64,000 nt of DNA. Source: Cyanobacteria bacterium P01_A01_bin.123. Its GTDB lineage: Bacteria; Cyanobacteriota; Cyanobacteriia; Phormidesmidales; Phormidesmidaceae. The stretch spans positions 1-64,000 of the forward strand of contig JBCBZT010000001.1 of assembly GCA_039815185.1 (NCBI GenBank), in the 5' to 3' direction. The notes under the pieces are model-generated. The model ran no database searches and was not told where the DNA came from. It worked only from the letters and a program-made list of their open reading frames with translations. Within the stretch, counting starts at the first letter, position 1; every line of letters starts with the position of its first letter. Below are positions 38,705 through 50,566 of this stretch, piece after piece. Made by a program: the position numbers and the translations under genes.

Positions 38705-41440
38705 GTGGTAGCTAAGACCTTGCCCACTGTTCAACTGGTTAAAGACGAAACCCATGCCTTGATTAACTGGGCAAAAAGCATTTGGGCGTCAGAGGACACT
38801 TATTTTTCTAAAGGTAAGCAGCTCGCTAAACGTCTGGGTGCCCATTATCGTCGCGACGGGCTGGTGGAGTTTGGTTTTTGGACGCCAGAACTGGCAGGGG
38901 ATGTCATTCAGTCAGAACGCCAATTAGACCTGGAGGTATTTACCCCGCTAAAACCGATTCATTTCCGTGAGCCTGAGCAAACGGTAACCTTTAAGCGCGA
39001 TCGCATTCCAGTAATGCAGCGGGGAGAATTTGTCTGGGGAGTCGTGGCAGGGTTGCGACCGGGCACCCGCGATCGCGCCGGTTGCTTTTACTGGTTACGC
39101 CATGTTGATGCCGACGATCGGCTACACTACATCCGCGATCCGCTGGCCTATTCTTTACCCTACGGCGTATTCGCCCCCGCAGAGCTCTACGATATGCGGC
39201 GGCTCCAGCGCTATCGCAGCGATATGGCCTACTTCCGCCGCCACTGTGCGCCAGCCTCAAATCCTGAAGCGCCAGTGCCCCGCGTTAGCGATCCGGTCAA
39301 CATTTTGCAAATCCATGTCAAGACCGCATCTCCAGAAGGGACGCTAGAGGGCTTGACCCACATTTTTCAACGCATCTCCGACAAGCTCAAAGCCAAAGAA
39401 CCGCTGACGGCCTTCGAGCAATCCTATATGGGCTATGACTCGGTACAGCTGCTGCCGGTTGAACCCACCATTGAATATCGTCGGGAAGACGCCAACGTTG
39501 AACATGAATTTTTTGCCATGCAGTCAGATGACTCAGGTGAGGCAGCAGACCAGGAAACCGAAGGCGACAGGATAGAGATCATTTTGCGCCAGCCCAACAC
39601 CGATAACTGGGGCTATGACGTGCCGATCCTCGGTTCCTCTTGTACAAATCCGGCTGTGCTGAGCAGCCTCCGGCCTGACGAAATGATTGATTTCGTTGCC
39701 ACCCTCCACAACTTTTCTGCGGGGCCGATTAAGCTGATCTACGATCTGGTCTATGGCCATGCTGACAACCAATCCCTAGAGTTACTCACTCACCAGTTTC
39801 TCAAGGGGCCCAATATGTATGGTCAAGACCTCAACCACCAATCGCCCCAAGTGCGTGCCATTTTGCTGGAGATGCAGCGGCGCAAAATCAATACTGGGGC
39901 CGACGGCATTCGAGTTGATGGCGGGCAAGACTTCCGCTTTTTTAACCCGCTTTCGGGCCGGGTAGAGCAAGACGACGCCTATTTGCTAGCTATGAGCGAT
40001 GTAGTGCAAGACATTAACGGCTGTCGGCGGTTAATGTTCACTATTTTTGAAGACGGTCGCCCCTGGCCAAAACCCGGTTGGGAAGAAAAATCCACTTACC
40101 GCGAACTGATCGAACTCAAACCCGAGTCGTACCAGTGGGGACCATTGATTTTTGCCCATAACACCCCCACCCTTAAACGCTTTTGGGACCGCAAATGGCG
40201 GCGAGTCTGTGAAGTGATCTTTCAAGGCGACCACTGGATTACTGGATGCGGCAACCATGACACCGTGCGTCGGGGCAACCAAGTTGAACCCGAAAAGCCG
40301 ATCAACTGGAATTTGGGTAAAACGCTAGTCCAAGTGTTGACTAAAGCCTATAACAACGAGGCCACTCAAATTTGGGTACATGGGTTTAGCCCCGGGATGC
40401 CAATGGATTTTCTCAATGCCTTGGTTGGTACACCTTGGGGATTTTTCCGCAATACGGATGACCGCTACGGCGTTAAAGTGGTTGCCGAAGAAGTCGGCTT
40501 TTTAGACTGGCAAATTGAGCCTGAGATGTATGCCCAAGTCGATGCTTTTCCCCGCCTCAAAAAACTCGGGTTCGATGAGTTTGATGGTTTGCGCGACTTT
40601 GCCAATGCCCTGCGGGAGGCCATGATTGAAACCGACTATAACCTGCAGGCAGTCGCCGAAATCTGTCAGCACTGTTTGGGCGAACATGAAGACGGCGAGG
40701 TCTGTGAAGTGCCGCACATGGGCGATTTGAACCAACCCAACCTACCGCGCTTTTTGGCTACTTTGGACGTGCCTAAGCTAAAGGCCTTTGCCATGGCTTT
40801 TATGGAAGATGGCCACGACATGTGCAACGTGGCCCGCTATGCAGAAGATGTTAATCCTGCGATCGCCAACTTTGGCTATCAACTGCGTGAGTTTCGGCGG
40901 CAACGTCCTTGGCTGCGAGATAACCTCACCGGACGCGATCGCTTTAATCGCATCAGCGACGACGAACGCACCATTTTTTACGGTATTCGGATTAACCCAG
41001 CGCAAAGCAGTGATGCCCCTGACCAAGTGGTGGTGATTGCCCACATGGGCGGTGCCCCAATGAAAATCACCCCTGGGGATTGGCTACAGCTGGACATGGC
41101 TCGTTGGCAGGTGGCGGTCGCCACCCCAGATCTCGATATTGAGACCGATCTCAAAGATCTTCGCACCTTTGAACTCAAAGACAGTCAGGGTATTTTGCTG
41201 ATTCCAGCAGAGCCTAAACCCGAACCAGATCCAATAGTAGACACAACCCCTGTTGAGGTGCCCCAAGCCCCAGCATCAACGCCTCAACCCAAAAAAGAAT
41301 CTACACCCAAAAAGAAAACCACGACTCGGTCATCTCGCCGCTCGTCATCCACCAAAAAGTCTTCTAGCTCGTCGAGTTCTACAAAGAAAACGGCTCGCCG
41401 CCGTTCAACTAAAAAAACAGAGCCGTCTAAAGAAGATTAA
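38705..41440 (+). CDS. gghA: Glucosylglycerol hydrolase with Lys/Ser-rich C-terminal extension
   Basis: RLGAHYR.DG..EFGFWTPEL, NWGYDV, GADGIRVDGGQDF, CGNHDT; divergent from ggpS. Confidence 0.88.
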   Translation: MVAKTLPTVQLVKDETHALINWAKSIWASEDTYFSKGKQLAKRLGAHYRRDGLVEFGFWTPELAGDVIQSERQLDLEVFTPLKPIHFREPEQTVTFKRDRIPVMQRGEFVWGVVAGLRPGTRDRAGCFYWLRHVDADDRLHYIRDPLAYSLPYGVFAPAELYDMRRLQRYRSDMAYFRRHCAPASNPEAPVPRVSDPVNILQIHVKTASPEGTLEGLTHIFQRISDKLKAKEPLTAFEQSYMGYDSVQLLPVEPTIEYRREDANVEHEFFAMQSDDSGEAADQETEGDRIEIILRQPNTDNWGYDVPILGSSCTNPAVLSSLRPDEMIDFVATLHNFSAGPIKLIYDLVYGHADNQSLELLTHQFLKGPNMYGQDLNHQSPQVRAILLEMQRRKINTGADGIRVDGGQDFRFFNPLSGRVEQDDAYLLAMSDVVQDINGCRRLMFTIFEDGRPWPKPGWEEKSTYRELIELKPESYQWGPLIFAHNTPTLKRFWDRKWRRVCEVIFQGDHWITGCGNHDTVRRGNQVEPEKPINWNLGKTLVQVLTKAYNNEATQIWVHGFSPGMPMDFLNALVGTPWGFFRNTDDRYGVKVVAEEVGFLDWQIEPEMYAQVDAFPRLKKLGFDEFDGLRDFANALREAMIETDYNLQAVAEICQHCLGEHEDGEVCEVPHMGDLNQPNLPRFLATLDVPKLKAFAMAFMEDGHDMCNVARYAEDVNPAIANFGYQLREFRRQRPWLRDNLTGRDRFNRISDDERTIFYGIRINPAQSSDAPDQVVVIAHMGGAPMKITPGDWLQLDMARWQVAVATPDLDIETDLKDLRTFELKDSQGILLIPAEPKPEPDPIVDTTPVEVPQAPASTPQPKKESTPKKKTTTRSSRRSSSTKKSSSSSSSTKKTARRRSTKKTEPSKED

Positions 41441-41527
41441 ATTTAAAGCCCTGATAGATTCGTCAACCCTTATGCATCCGTAGACATCTATTTAACAGGA
41501 GCTACTTAACAGCGGCTACGAAGGCCA

Positions 41528-41857
41528 CTAAGCTGCATCGTAACCCGTCATTTTCTTCGACCCAATCTTTGGAAGAGTCGCAGGTGTTGGGCTACCTAAT
41601 ATTTTCTTGACCTTGTAGAGCTTCAGTAAGGCTTCTTCTTGGTCAGGGTATCTTTCGATCACAAACTGGATCAGATCATCCACAGTGCAGGGAGCCTTTG
41701 TACCGCCATTCCAAATATGAAACTCATGATGAACTTCATAGAATCTATCAGTAAATGTGATTAACAATAGGACCAATTTAGAGCGCTTTAAATTTATTAC
41801 TATGGGTTCAGTAACGGTTGACGAATCACCAATGAAGGGCATACTGAAAGCAGCCAT
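41528..41857 (-). CDS. Hypothetical protein, start uncertain
   Basis: AT-rich 109-aa ORF between gghA and dprA; no motif recognised. Confidence 0.35.
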   Translation of the reverse strand: MAAFSMPFIGDSSTVTEPIVINLKRSKLVLLLITFTDRFYEVHHEFHIWNGGTKAPCTVDDLIQFVIERYPDQEEALLKLYKVKKILGSPTPATLPKIGSKKMTGYDAA

Positions 41858-41869
41858 CAGGACACCGAA

Positions 41870-43000
41870 TTGACAAACGAAAGGGCATATTGGCTGGCCT
41901 GGTCAACCCTACATGGGGTAGGGCCAGTGTTGATCAAGCGCATTTATGAACATTTTGGCAGCCTCGCGATCGCCTGGGAGGCTGACTTACAGGCATTACT
42001 TGAAGTAGACGGCATTGGGTTTAAACTTGCAGACGCGATCGCATCGAACCGATCCACCATCAAGCCCACCGACTTACTCGAACAACACTGCGCCAAATAT
42101 CCCGACTTTTGGACCCCCGCCGACGTTGAATATCCCAGCTTGCTGTTTGAGATTGCTGATCCGCCCCCTGTCCTTTATTACCGAGGGCACCTGCACCTTG
42201 ATTTCAGTCGGGGTCACTGGCCCACCGTGGGTATTGTTGGCACCCGCAGCCCCTCAGAATATGGCAAACGCTGGACCCGAAATTTGAGTGTGGCACTCAC
42301 CCGTCAAGGGTTTACCATCGCCTCTGGATTAGCCAACGGCATTGATGCAGTGGCCCATCGCAGTTGCCTCAATGAAGACGGCTACACCGTCGCTGTTTTG
42401 GGGACTGGTGTCGATATCGTTTATCCACCTCATCATCAAACCCTCTACGACACTATTGCCAACCGGGGATTGCTGTTGAGTGAATATGCTAACGGCACCC
42501 CGCCAGATCGCACCCACTTTCCCCGCCGAAACCGGATTATTGCAGGGCTCAGTCGAGCCGTACTAGTGACCGAAGCCCCTCAAAAATCAGGCGCACTGAT
42601 CACGGCCCGACTAGCCAACGACTACGGACGGGACGTTTATGTACTGCCCAGTTCCCTAGACAACACGCGAGGACGGGGGTGTTTAGAACTGCTTAACCAG
42701 GGGGGGCATATGATTTTGGGAGAAGCTGCTTTGCTAGAGGCCTTGGGTAGCCTGCCCCAGATTCCCCAAGCACTCAACAGCGCGACTCAGCCCCATAGCA
42801 TCGCACCTCAACCCCAACTGCCTGAAGCCTTGAGTCAGGTCTATGCCCAAATTCCCGCCGATCCTGTTGCTCTCGACACAATCGTGCTTAGCGTCGGGTT
42901 AACCACAGGAGGTGTCCTGAGTGCCTTAGTTCAGCTCGAACTCATGGGCTTAGTCACCCAGCTTCCGGGGATGCAGTATCAACGCACCCACCCGTCTTAA
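41870..43000 (+). CDS. dprA: DNA-processing protein DprA
   Basis: IVGTRSPSEYG, SGLANGID, FPRRNRIIAGLS, SGALITA, C-terminal winged helix. Confidence 0.95.
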   Translation: MTNERAYWLAWSTLHGVGPVLIKRIYEHFGSLAIAWEADLQALLEVDGIGFKLADAIASNRSTIKPTDLLEQHCAKYPDFWTPADVEYPSLLFEIADPPPVLYYRGHLHLDFSRGHWPTVGIVGTRSPSEYGKRWTRNLSVALTRQGFTIASGLANGIDAVAHRSCLNEDGYTVAVLGTGVDIVYPPHHQTLYDTIANRGLLLSEYANGTPPDRTHFPRRNRIIAGLSRAVLVTEAPQKSGALITARLANDYGRDVYVLPSSLDNTRGRGCLELLNQGGHMILGEAALLEALGSLPQIPQALNSATQPHSIAPQPQLPEALSQVYAQIPADPVALDTIVLSVGLTTGGVLSALVQLELMGLVTQLPGMQYQRTHPS

Positions 43001-43096
43001 ACCATATCCAGGTGGAAATCTTGAGCGTTTATCTTGTATCTAAAGAAAACCGATAGGTCTGAATATGGCCCAGGGTTAAACCAAGTTCAATGACTA

Positions 43097-43666
43097 TTAA
43101 TAGTGAGTTTCATCTTCATCAATCACAGCGGGTTGTCCGACTCGGTCGATGAAAAATTCAATGCATAACTGCCCGAGTTCAATTAAGTCGCCATTCCGCA
43201 GCGATCGCCGCTGCAACGGTGCCAGCAAGCAGCGATTAACGCGGGTTCCCGTTTGACTCCCCACATCGGCAATGTAGAACCCGATATCGGTCAAGTAGCC
43301 AAGAACGGCATGACACCGATCGACCTCACGATGATCAATGGCAATCGGACAGTGGGGACTGCTGCCCATCAACCAATTGGCCGCACTTGGCAAAACCATA
43401 ATCTCTTGACTTTGATTGAGATTCGTCGATAAGAAGACGCGTTGTTCAATGACAACACCATGGACATAGAGCGTCGTCAATTGACACCGTTGTTGTGCCG
43501 ATAAAACCGGATCGATGACCTGATTAATTTGATCAAGGTCGTAATCACAACTCTCAAAAATCTGGTCTAACAGCATTGAGTCTTGTTGAACCAAAGGTTG
43601 AATGTTTCGTAATCCATAGAATGCACTGTCAATACTGACCTGATGGCAGGGAGAGGTGTATGTCAT
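43097..43666 (-). CDS. FHA domain protein
   Basis: VDRCHAVL...FYIADVGSQTGTRVN...LRNGDLIELG; FHA motifs partly degenerate. Confidence 0.8.
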   Translation of the reverse strand: MTYTSPCHQVSIDSAFYGLRNIQPLVQQDSMLLDQIFESCDYDLDQINQVIDPVLSAQQRCQLTTLYVHGVVIEQRVFLSTNLNQSQEIMVLPSAANWLMGSSPHCPIAIDHREVDRCHAVLGYLTDIGFYIADVGSQTGTRVNRCLLAPLQRRSLRNGDLIELGQLCIEFFIDRVGQPAVIDEDETHY

Positions 43667-44236
43667 AACTTTTCTACACAGGAAAAGGCAAGCGTCAAAA
43701 ACCGCTGCGATCGCGCGATCGCAAAAACATCCTTTGAGATGCAAACGGTTAAATTCCTAAGGAATACTCACCACAGATAGAGACTGCAAAAAGTTCTGTT
43801 GCAGTTGAAAACGCGATTGCGTCTCTAGAACTGTGATCAAATCGAAAATTCCTTACTTCGGCAATGCACCCTAAAAGCTGAGGAAGTCGCGGATATCCCA
43901 ATCAGATAAACCCTAGGATAACCGACCGTTCCAAAATGACACCCAGAAAACATTTGATATGCCACGCTAAAGCAAGGGACGTGCCCAAGCCGCCCGACAC
44001 AAAACGTTTACCTCAAAAAAATCGAAAATTAAACGGATATCGATTTCAGATAAATCTGTTGGCTGGCCAGGCAAAATAAACAAGTGTTAATAGTTAAAGA
44101 TATTAAAGCCAGGTCTGTGGATCTACGCAATCTACTCGTTCGACAACTTTATAAAGCCTTTATAATAACCCCGTGAATTGTAAAGGGTATTAACTTTCAT
44201 TGAAGTTAGCTGAATCTATCCCATCGCGATCGCCGT

Positions 44237-45715
44237 TTGTCGCATTTCCTCAATCGTCGTCTATCTCAAGCAAAAGTCGTGGCTCAAGCACTGACCCAGG
44301 CCCAACCCCCTTTAGATTTTATTGCCCCTGATTTTTCCCCTTGGGTTCTCCAGGGAATGCGTCGGATTTTGCCACTCTGGATGCGCTGGAAAACACCCCT
44401 GTCAAATATTCAGGTCGACAACTTAGAACGATTAGCTCGGCTTTATCAACAGTTTCACCAGGGCAACACGCGATTTCTAATTGCCTTTCGACACCCGGCC
44501 CCAGAAGATGCCTTTTGTATGGCCCATCTACTGTGGCACCTGCTGCCCCAAACGGCACATACTCAAAGCCTGGATCTACCCACCGTGCCCCATGCCCACT
44601 TTATCTACGATCGCGGCATCCCGCTTTGGGCGGGGCAACGGGTGGGCTGGCTTTACACCAAATTAGGGGGAACCCCGATTCAACGGGGCAAAATCGACAT
44701 TGCCGGGCTACGCTCAGCACGACACTTGTTTGCCAACGGTCAATTTCCCATGGCAGCGGCCCCTGAGGGGGCTAACAACGGCCATAACGAAATTGTGAGT
44801 CCCTTGGAACCCGGCATTGCCCAGATGAGCTTTTGGTGTGCAGAAGATTTGCAAAAGGCTCAACGCACCGAGTCGGTGCAAATCATCCCGCTAGGCATTC
44901 AGTATCGTTATGCCACTCCCCCTTGGGAAGCCTTAGAGCACCTGTTGAATCAACTTGAACAAGACAGTGGCTTATCTGGCGACGTTGCCCCAGCAGTCGT
45001 TGCTGCGCTGGCCAAACAGCTGCCTGATATGGATATCGCATCCGATCGGGCAGCGCACCTCTATGGTCGCCTCTATCAATTAGGCGAACATTTGCTGAAT
45101 TTGATGGAAACCTACTACCGAGATTTTTATCAAGTTGATTTGCCTAAACCTGATCACACAACACCCCCAGGTGAACCAGAGCTGTTTCCTAATGATCAAT
45201 TGGCCCAACGTCTGACACAGTTGCTCAATGCAGCCCTCACCGTCGCAGAAGCCTATTTCGGGCTTTCCCCCAAGGGGACGGTGATCGATCGCTGCCGTCG
45301 TCTAGAACAGGCGGGGTGGGATCGAATTTATCGCGAAGATTTAAAAGTTCAATCTAGCCTTTCCCCAGTGGAACGGGGATTGGCCGACCGCATTGCCGAA
45401 GAAGCCAGCTTGCGCATGTGGCACATGCGCATTGTAGAGAGCTTTGTTGCGGTCACCGGGCACTACGTGATGGAAAAACCCACTGTCGAACGCTTTGCCG
45501 AAACCACCCTGCTCTTAAAAGACATGCTGACCCGCATTCAAGGGAAAGATCCGTTCCCTCGACCCCAACTTGGTGCTCAAATCGTCCAGATGCGTGTCGG
45601 TGAACCGCTATCCGTTAGCGATCGCTGGGCAGATTATAAACAAAGCCGTCGTCAGGCCGTCGCTCACTTAACCCAAGCACTACAGCAGGCCCTCGAAGGA
45701 CTCATCTTGACCTGA
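44237..45715 (+). CDS. Phospholipid/glycerol acyltransferase (PlsC-like)
   Basis: AFRHPAPED (HX4D), AAPEG, IPLGIQY; true start may be a few codons downstream. Confidence 0.85.
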   Translation: MSHFLNRRLSQAKVVAQALTQAQPPLDFIAPDFSPWVLQGMRRILPLWMRWKTPLSNIQVDNLERLARLYQQFHQGNTRFLIAFRHPAPEDAFCMAHLLWHLLPQTAHTQSLDLPTVPHAHFIYDRGIPLWAGQRVGWLYTKLGGTPIQRGKIDIAGLRSARHLFANGQFPMAAAPEGANNGHNEIVSPLEPGIAQMSFWCAEDLQKAQRTESVQIIPLGIQYRYATPPWEALEHLLNQLEQDSGLSGDVAPAVVAALAKQLPDMDIASDRAAHLYGRLYQLGEHLLNLMETYYRDFYQVDLPKPDHTTPPGEPELFPNDQLAQRLTQLLNAALTVAEAYFGLSPKGTVIDRCRRLEQAGWDRIYREDLKVQSSLSPVERGLADRIAEEASLRMWHMRIVESFVAVTGHYVMEKPTVERFAETTLLLKDMLTRIQGKDPFPRPQLGAQIVQMRVGEPLSVSDRWADYKQSRRQAVAHLTQALQQALEGLILT

Positions 45716-45748
45716 TTGACCATTCCGATTGAGCCCGCAGTCGGGGCA

Positions 45749-46726
<978 letters not shown>

Positions 46727-46892
46727 CTAACTCCTAGCAACCCTTCAAGACTTCGGAGTATTAGTATATTTTGAATGGTTTGCACAATCAGAAGAATCGT
46801 CACATTGAGCAATGTTTTTGTTGCAGAGATTAATGATCTTCATTGAGTCGCCACGGGCATCATTACCCGTGGCGCATTCAACTGCGGCAAGA

Positions 46893-48872
46893 TTATTCCG
46901 TCGCGTCAGTAGGGGTACTGTCAACAGCAGGGCTATGATCAGATTCGTTGCTGTCTGATTCGGTCGTCTCTGGGGTGATCGCTGGGGTCGATACTTGAGG
47001 CGTAGAGGCTCCAGGTGTAGAAGCTGCTGCGGGCGTTGAGGATGATTCTGAACTGGGAGCAGTGGTGTCTACTCGCCGCCAATCGGCAATGTCCCAAGTG
47101 CTGGTGTCCCAAGGGGTTGGGGTTAACCCTGTGAGGGTACTGCTGATACCATTAGTCACGGCCCGGTTGACGAGTGGAATGACCGCCACATCTTGAGCTA
47201 GCAATTCATCCATTTGTTGGAACAGGGCAGTTCGTTTATCCGCATCGAGTTCGGATTGGGCAGCTTGCCACAGCGCATCGTAGTCTTCGTTGCAATAGCG
47301 AGCGTTGTTGGGTTCTTGCCACTGATTGACTTGGGACGCGATCGCATCACAGGTCCACCAACGCATGTAAGTGCTGGGGTCAGGGGTATCGTTGCCCGCG
47401 TTGTATTCTTGCATATCGGCATAGAAGTGATTGATGCTTTCGGTTTGAGCCGGATCGGCTGAGAAGAAATCATCCACCCGCACCCGCTTAATCTCAACCC
47501 GAATGCCCAGGGCAGCTAGGTTAGCCTGGACGATTTCCTGAGTTTTTTGCCGGACGGGATTAATCGACGTTTGGAACACCATTTCCATTTCGATACCGTC
47601 TTTGTCTCGGATGCCGTTATCATCAGTGTCTGTCCATCCGGCCTCTTCCAGCAGGGCTGCGGCGCGATCGAGATTGTACTCGTAGCCAATAGTGTCTGAG
47701 GCATATGCCTCTGGGGCGATCAGCAGTTGGGCGGTAGGGCGCGCCGTATCCCCATAGAGGTCTTGGGCAATCCCTTCGCGATCAATAGCATAGTTGATGG
47801 CGACCCTAACAGCGCGATCGCTAAGGAACGGATGGGGATTTTCTAAACTGGATTTTTCCCCTGACTCCGTGGGTTGATGGGGATCGGTGGGATTCAGCAT
47901 AATCCGCTCTACATAGGAGCCAAAGGTGATCAGCAGCCGTCCATTAGAGTCAGCTTCTAGGGCCTCAAGGGCAGCAGCTTCAATCTGCAAATTGTGGGCA
48001 AAGTCAGCTTCGTCAGTCTTTAGCACTGCCCGCGCCGCCGCATAGGGCGCAATCCCCCCCCGCAACACCACTTGCCGAAAGGCCAGTGGCCCACCGCGAA
48101 AGTTTGGGTTCGGTTCATAGCTTACCTGGCCCGGTTCATAGCTTGTGACTTGATAGGGGCCCGTACCCACTGGAGCAAGATTAGCCGCCGCCTCTCGGGC
48201 ATTAGCACCATTAAAATCTGCAAAGATATGCTGGGGCAAAATCACGCCGTTTTGGCCAGTAAACGGCAGCTGCCAAGCAGGATTAGGCTGGGTAAACGTA
48301 ATTTTGACCGTGTAGTCATCGATGGCTTCAACCGTTTCAATCGCTTCGTAGTTTTGGGCCGTTGTTGCCCCCACTTCTGGATTAGCAATGAATTCATGGG
48401 TAAACACTACGTCTGCCGCAGTGAAGGGTTCGCCGTCGGCCCAAGTGACATCCTGGCGGAGTTTCCAGGTCACGCTCATGCCATCTTCTGCGACCCCACC
48501 GTTGTCAACACTAGGAATTTCAGCCACAAGTAGCGGTACCAAAGCTCCTGATTTGTCATAGCTTGCTAGGGGTTCGTAGACAATACGTGCCGCTTCAAAG
48601 TCTTGAATACCAGTCGCCAAATGGGGGTTTAACGTGATCGGAATGCGGCTGTAGAGCAACTGCAATATCTCTGGATCAGACTGAATCGCTTCAGCCTCTG
48701 TGTTAGCAGTAGAAGCCTCGGTAACTGGGGTTGGACTGCTACAGCTCCCCAACAACGTTAACCCCAATAGCGATAGCCCTAAGAGCGCCGGTGCTATCCG
48801 ACTGGGCTGCCGGTGGAGTCGAGACTTCAATTGATATCGAGAATTCAACGGTAGGAACCCCATATATTTCAT
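46893..48872 (-). CDS. Peptide ABC transporter substrate-binding lipoprotein (family 5), orphan
   Basis: Lipobox LLGSC, LNPHL, WADGEPFTAADVVFT, PVGTGPY; S/T/P-rich tail. Confidence 0.9.
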   Translation of the reverse strand: MKYMGFLPLNSRYQLKSRLHRQPSRIAPALLGLSLLGLTLLGSCSSPTPVTEASTANTEAEAIQSDPEILQLLYSRIPITLNPHLATGIQDFEAARIVYEPLASYDKSGALVPLLVAEIPSVDNGGVAEDGMSVTWKLRQDVTWADGEPFTAADVVFTHEFIANPEVGATTAQNYEAIETVEAIDDYTVKITFTQPNPAWQLPFTGQNGVILPQHIFADFNGANAREAAANLAPVGTGPYQVTSYEPGQVSYEPNPNFRGGPLAFRQVVLRGGIAPYAAARAVLKTDEADFAHNLQIEAAALEALEADSNGRLLITFGSYVERIMLNPTDPHQPTESGEKSSLENPHPFLSDRAVRVAINYAIDREGIAQDLYGDTARPTAQLLIAPEAYASDTIGYEYNLDRAAALLEEAGWTDTDDNGIRDKDGIEMEMVFQTSINPVRQKTQEIVQANLAALGIRVEIKRVRVDDFFSADPAQTESINHFYADMQEYNAGNDTPDPSTYMRWWTCDAIASQVNQWQEPNNARYCNEDYDALWQAAQSELDADKRTALFQQMDELLAQDVAVIPLVNRAVTNGISSTLTGLTPTPWDTSTWDIADWRRVDTTAPSSESSSTPAAASTPGASTPQVSTPAITPETTESDSNESDHSPAVDSTPTDATE

Positions 48873-49138
48873 TGCGCTAGCCGCAGCTTAAATTTTGCCC
48901 ACATCCCAATGTCTGACTTTCCTGAGCTAAAAGCTCAATCATTTCCCTTGCAGGCGCGCAAGACCTTGCGTCCCTACCCAAGTTTTCAGTCGGATGGGTT
49001 TTATGTCGTCAGTATGGCAGTCGTGTTCCCGATCGCCTCAGTCCATCCTGCCAATTTTTTTCATAACCTGCTGAGAATTTTCCGGACTGAACACTTAATG
49101 ACCGCAATAAAGGAGTGGTAGATGCACCCTGAGACATT

Positions 49139-49167
49139 CCTCGACCCCCGGGTCGGGGATTTTTTTG
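49139..49167 (+). terminator. Plus-strand intrinsic terminator with no convincing upstream CDS
   Basis: cctcgaccc-cc-gggtcgggg-a-ttttttt. Confidence 0.55.
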
Positions 49168-49223
49168 TGTAGATCCTCAATGCTGACAAGGTTGATATTC
49201 CCCTCCAGCCAACCCCGGGATTT

Positions 49224-49258
49224 AAAAATAAAAGTCCCTCTGCTTCCGCAGGGGGACT
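49224..49258 (-). terminator. Intrinsic terminator of gltA
   Basis: Minus strand agtccccctgc-ggaa-gcagagggact-tttattttt. Confidence 0.7.
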
Positions 49259-49357
49259 GGAGTTCCTGAAAATCGTCACTGAGCCTATGATGACTGGGTT
49301 TCAAGGCATTGACAAGAGGGGTCAGGCCCATCACCTACCTGCCTGGGGAGCCGTCAG

Positions 49358-50566
49358 CTAGCGGTTTTGCACCAGTTCGCTTTGAACGGCTTCTATCGTT
49401 GGCGGTGACATTTGCTTATCCCAGATATGGATACGCTCGGCAACGGGGGCGTAGGGGGCATTATGGGGCCCTGTATAGATTTGGGTGGGTCGAAAGATCC
49501 GGTTTTCACTCAGTTGCTCCTTCCAATGGGCTAACCATCCGGCGACCCGCGCGATTGCAAACACCGGGGTAAATAAATCGGTAGGGATGCCCAACTTGCG
49601 ATAGACCAACCCAGAATAGAAATCGACGTTAGCGTAAATGCCCCGATGACCTAGCTTTTCAGACACAACCTGCTCAAGTTCTAGGGCAATATCGTAGTAC
49701 TCGTCTTGGCCAAACTTTTCGAAGAGCTGCTCGGCTAACTTTTGCAAGATTGTGGCTCGGGGGTCTTTGACTTTGTAAACCCGGTGGCCAAAGCCCATAA
49801 TTTTGGCTTTACGGGCGATGCAGTCTTCCACATAGGGGCGCACGTTGGCGATGGAGCCGATCTGACTCAGCATTTCGATCACCTCTTCGTTGGCGCCGCC
49901 ATGGAGCGGGCCAGCCAATGTGCCTACGGCTGAAGCCACCACCGCATAGGGGTCGGTCAGGGTGGACGCGGTCACCATGGCCGAAAAAGTAGAGGCATTA
50001 ATGGTGTGCTCAGCGTGGAGGATCAAACACACATCGAAAATACGAGCGGCTAAAGGGTCGGGTTCCCGTTCAGTCAGCATGTAGAGGAAGTTAGCAGAAT
50101 AGTCGAGGTCGTCGCGGGGCTGAATCGGGTCGTTACCCTTGCGCATCAGTTGAAATGCCGCCACCATCGTGGGGATTTTGGCCAGCAAACGCACGACTGC
50201 CGCTTGAATATAGGCTGGATTATTGAGGGCACGACGGGAATAGAATAGCCCTAAAGCAGCCGCACAAGCCTGGAGCGAGTCCATTGGGTGACCATTTTCT
50301 GGGAAACATTTCATCATGTCCCGGATGCGGTATTTGAGCCGCCGATGATAGCGAATTTCGTGCTCAAAGGCTGCAAGTTCTTGCTGGGTAGGCAATCCAC
50401 CCCAAATCAAGAGATAAGCAGTTTCCAAAAAAGTGCTTTTTTGGGCCAGCTCCTCGACTCGAATACCGCGATATTCTAGAACACCTGCCTGCCCATCGAC
50501 ATAGCTGATGCTCGATTCAGTCGCAGGAATGTTTTCTAATCCAGGCCTATACTCGCATACCGTCAT
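49358..50566 (-). CDS. gltA: Citrate synthase
   Basis: LHAEHTINAST, GPLHGGANE, MGFGHRVYK, ANVDFYSG. Confidence 0.97.
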   Translation of the reverse strand: MTVCEYRPGLENIPATESSISYVDGQAGVLEYRGIRVEELAQKSTFLETAYLLIWGGLPTQQELAAFEHEIRYHRRLKYRIRDMMKCFPENGHPMDSLQACAAALGLFYSRRALNNPAYIQAAVVRLLAKIPTMVAAFQLMRKGNDPIQPRDDLDYSANFLYMLTEREPDPLAARIFDVCLILHAEHTINASTFSAMVTASTLTDPYAVVASAVGTLAGPLHGGANEEVIEMLSQIGSIANVRPYVEDCIARKAKIMGFGHRVYKVKDPRATILQKLAEQLFEKFGQDEYYDIALELEQVVSEKLGHRGIYANVDFYSGLVYRKLGIPTDLFTPVFAIARVAGWLAHWKEQLSENRIFRPTQIYTGPHNAPYAPVAERIHIWDKQMSPPTIEAVQSELVQNR

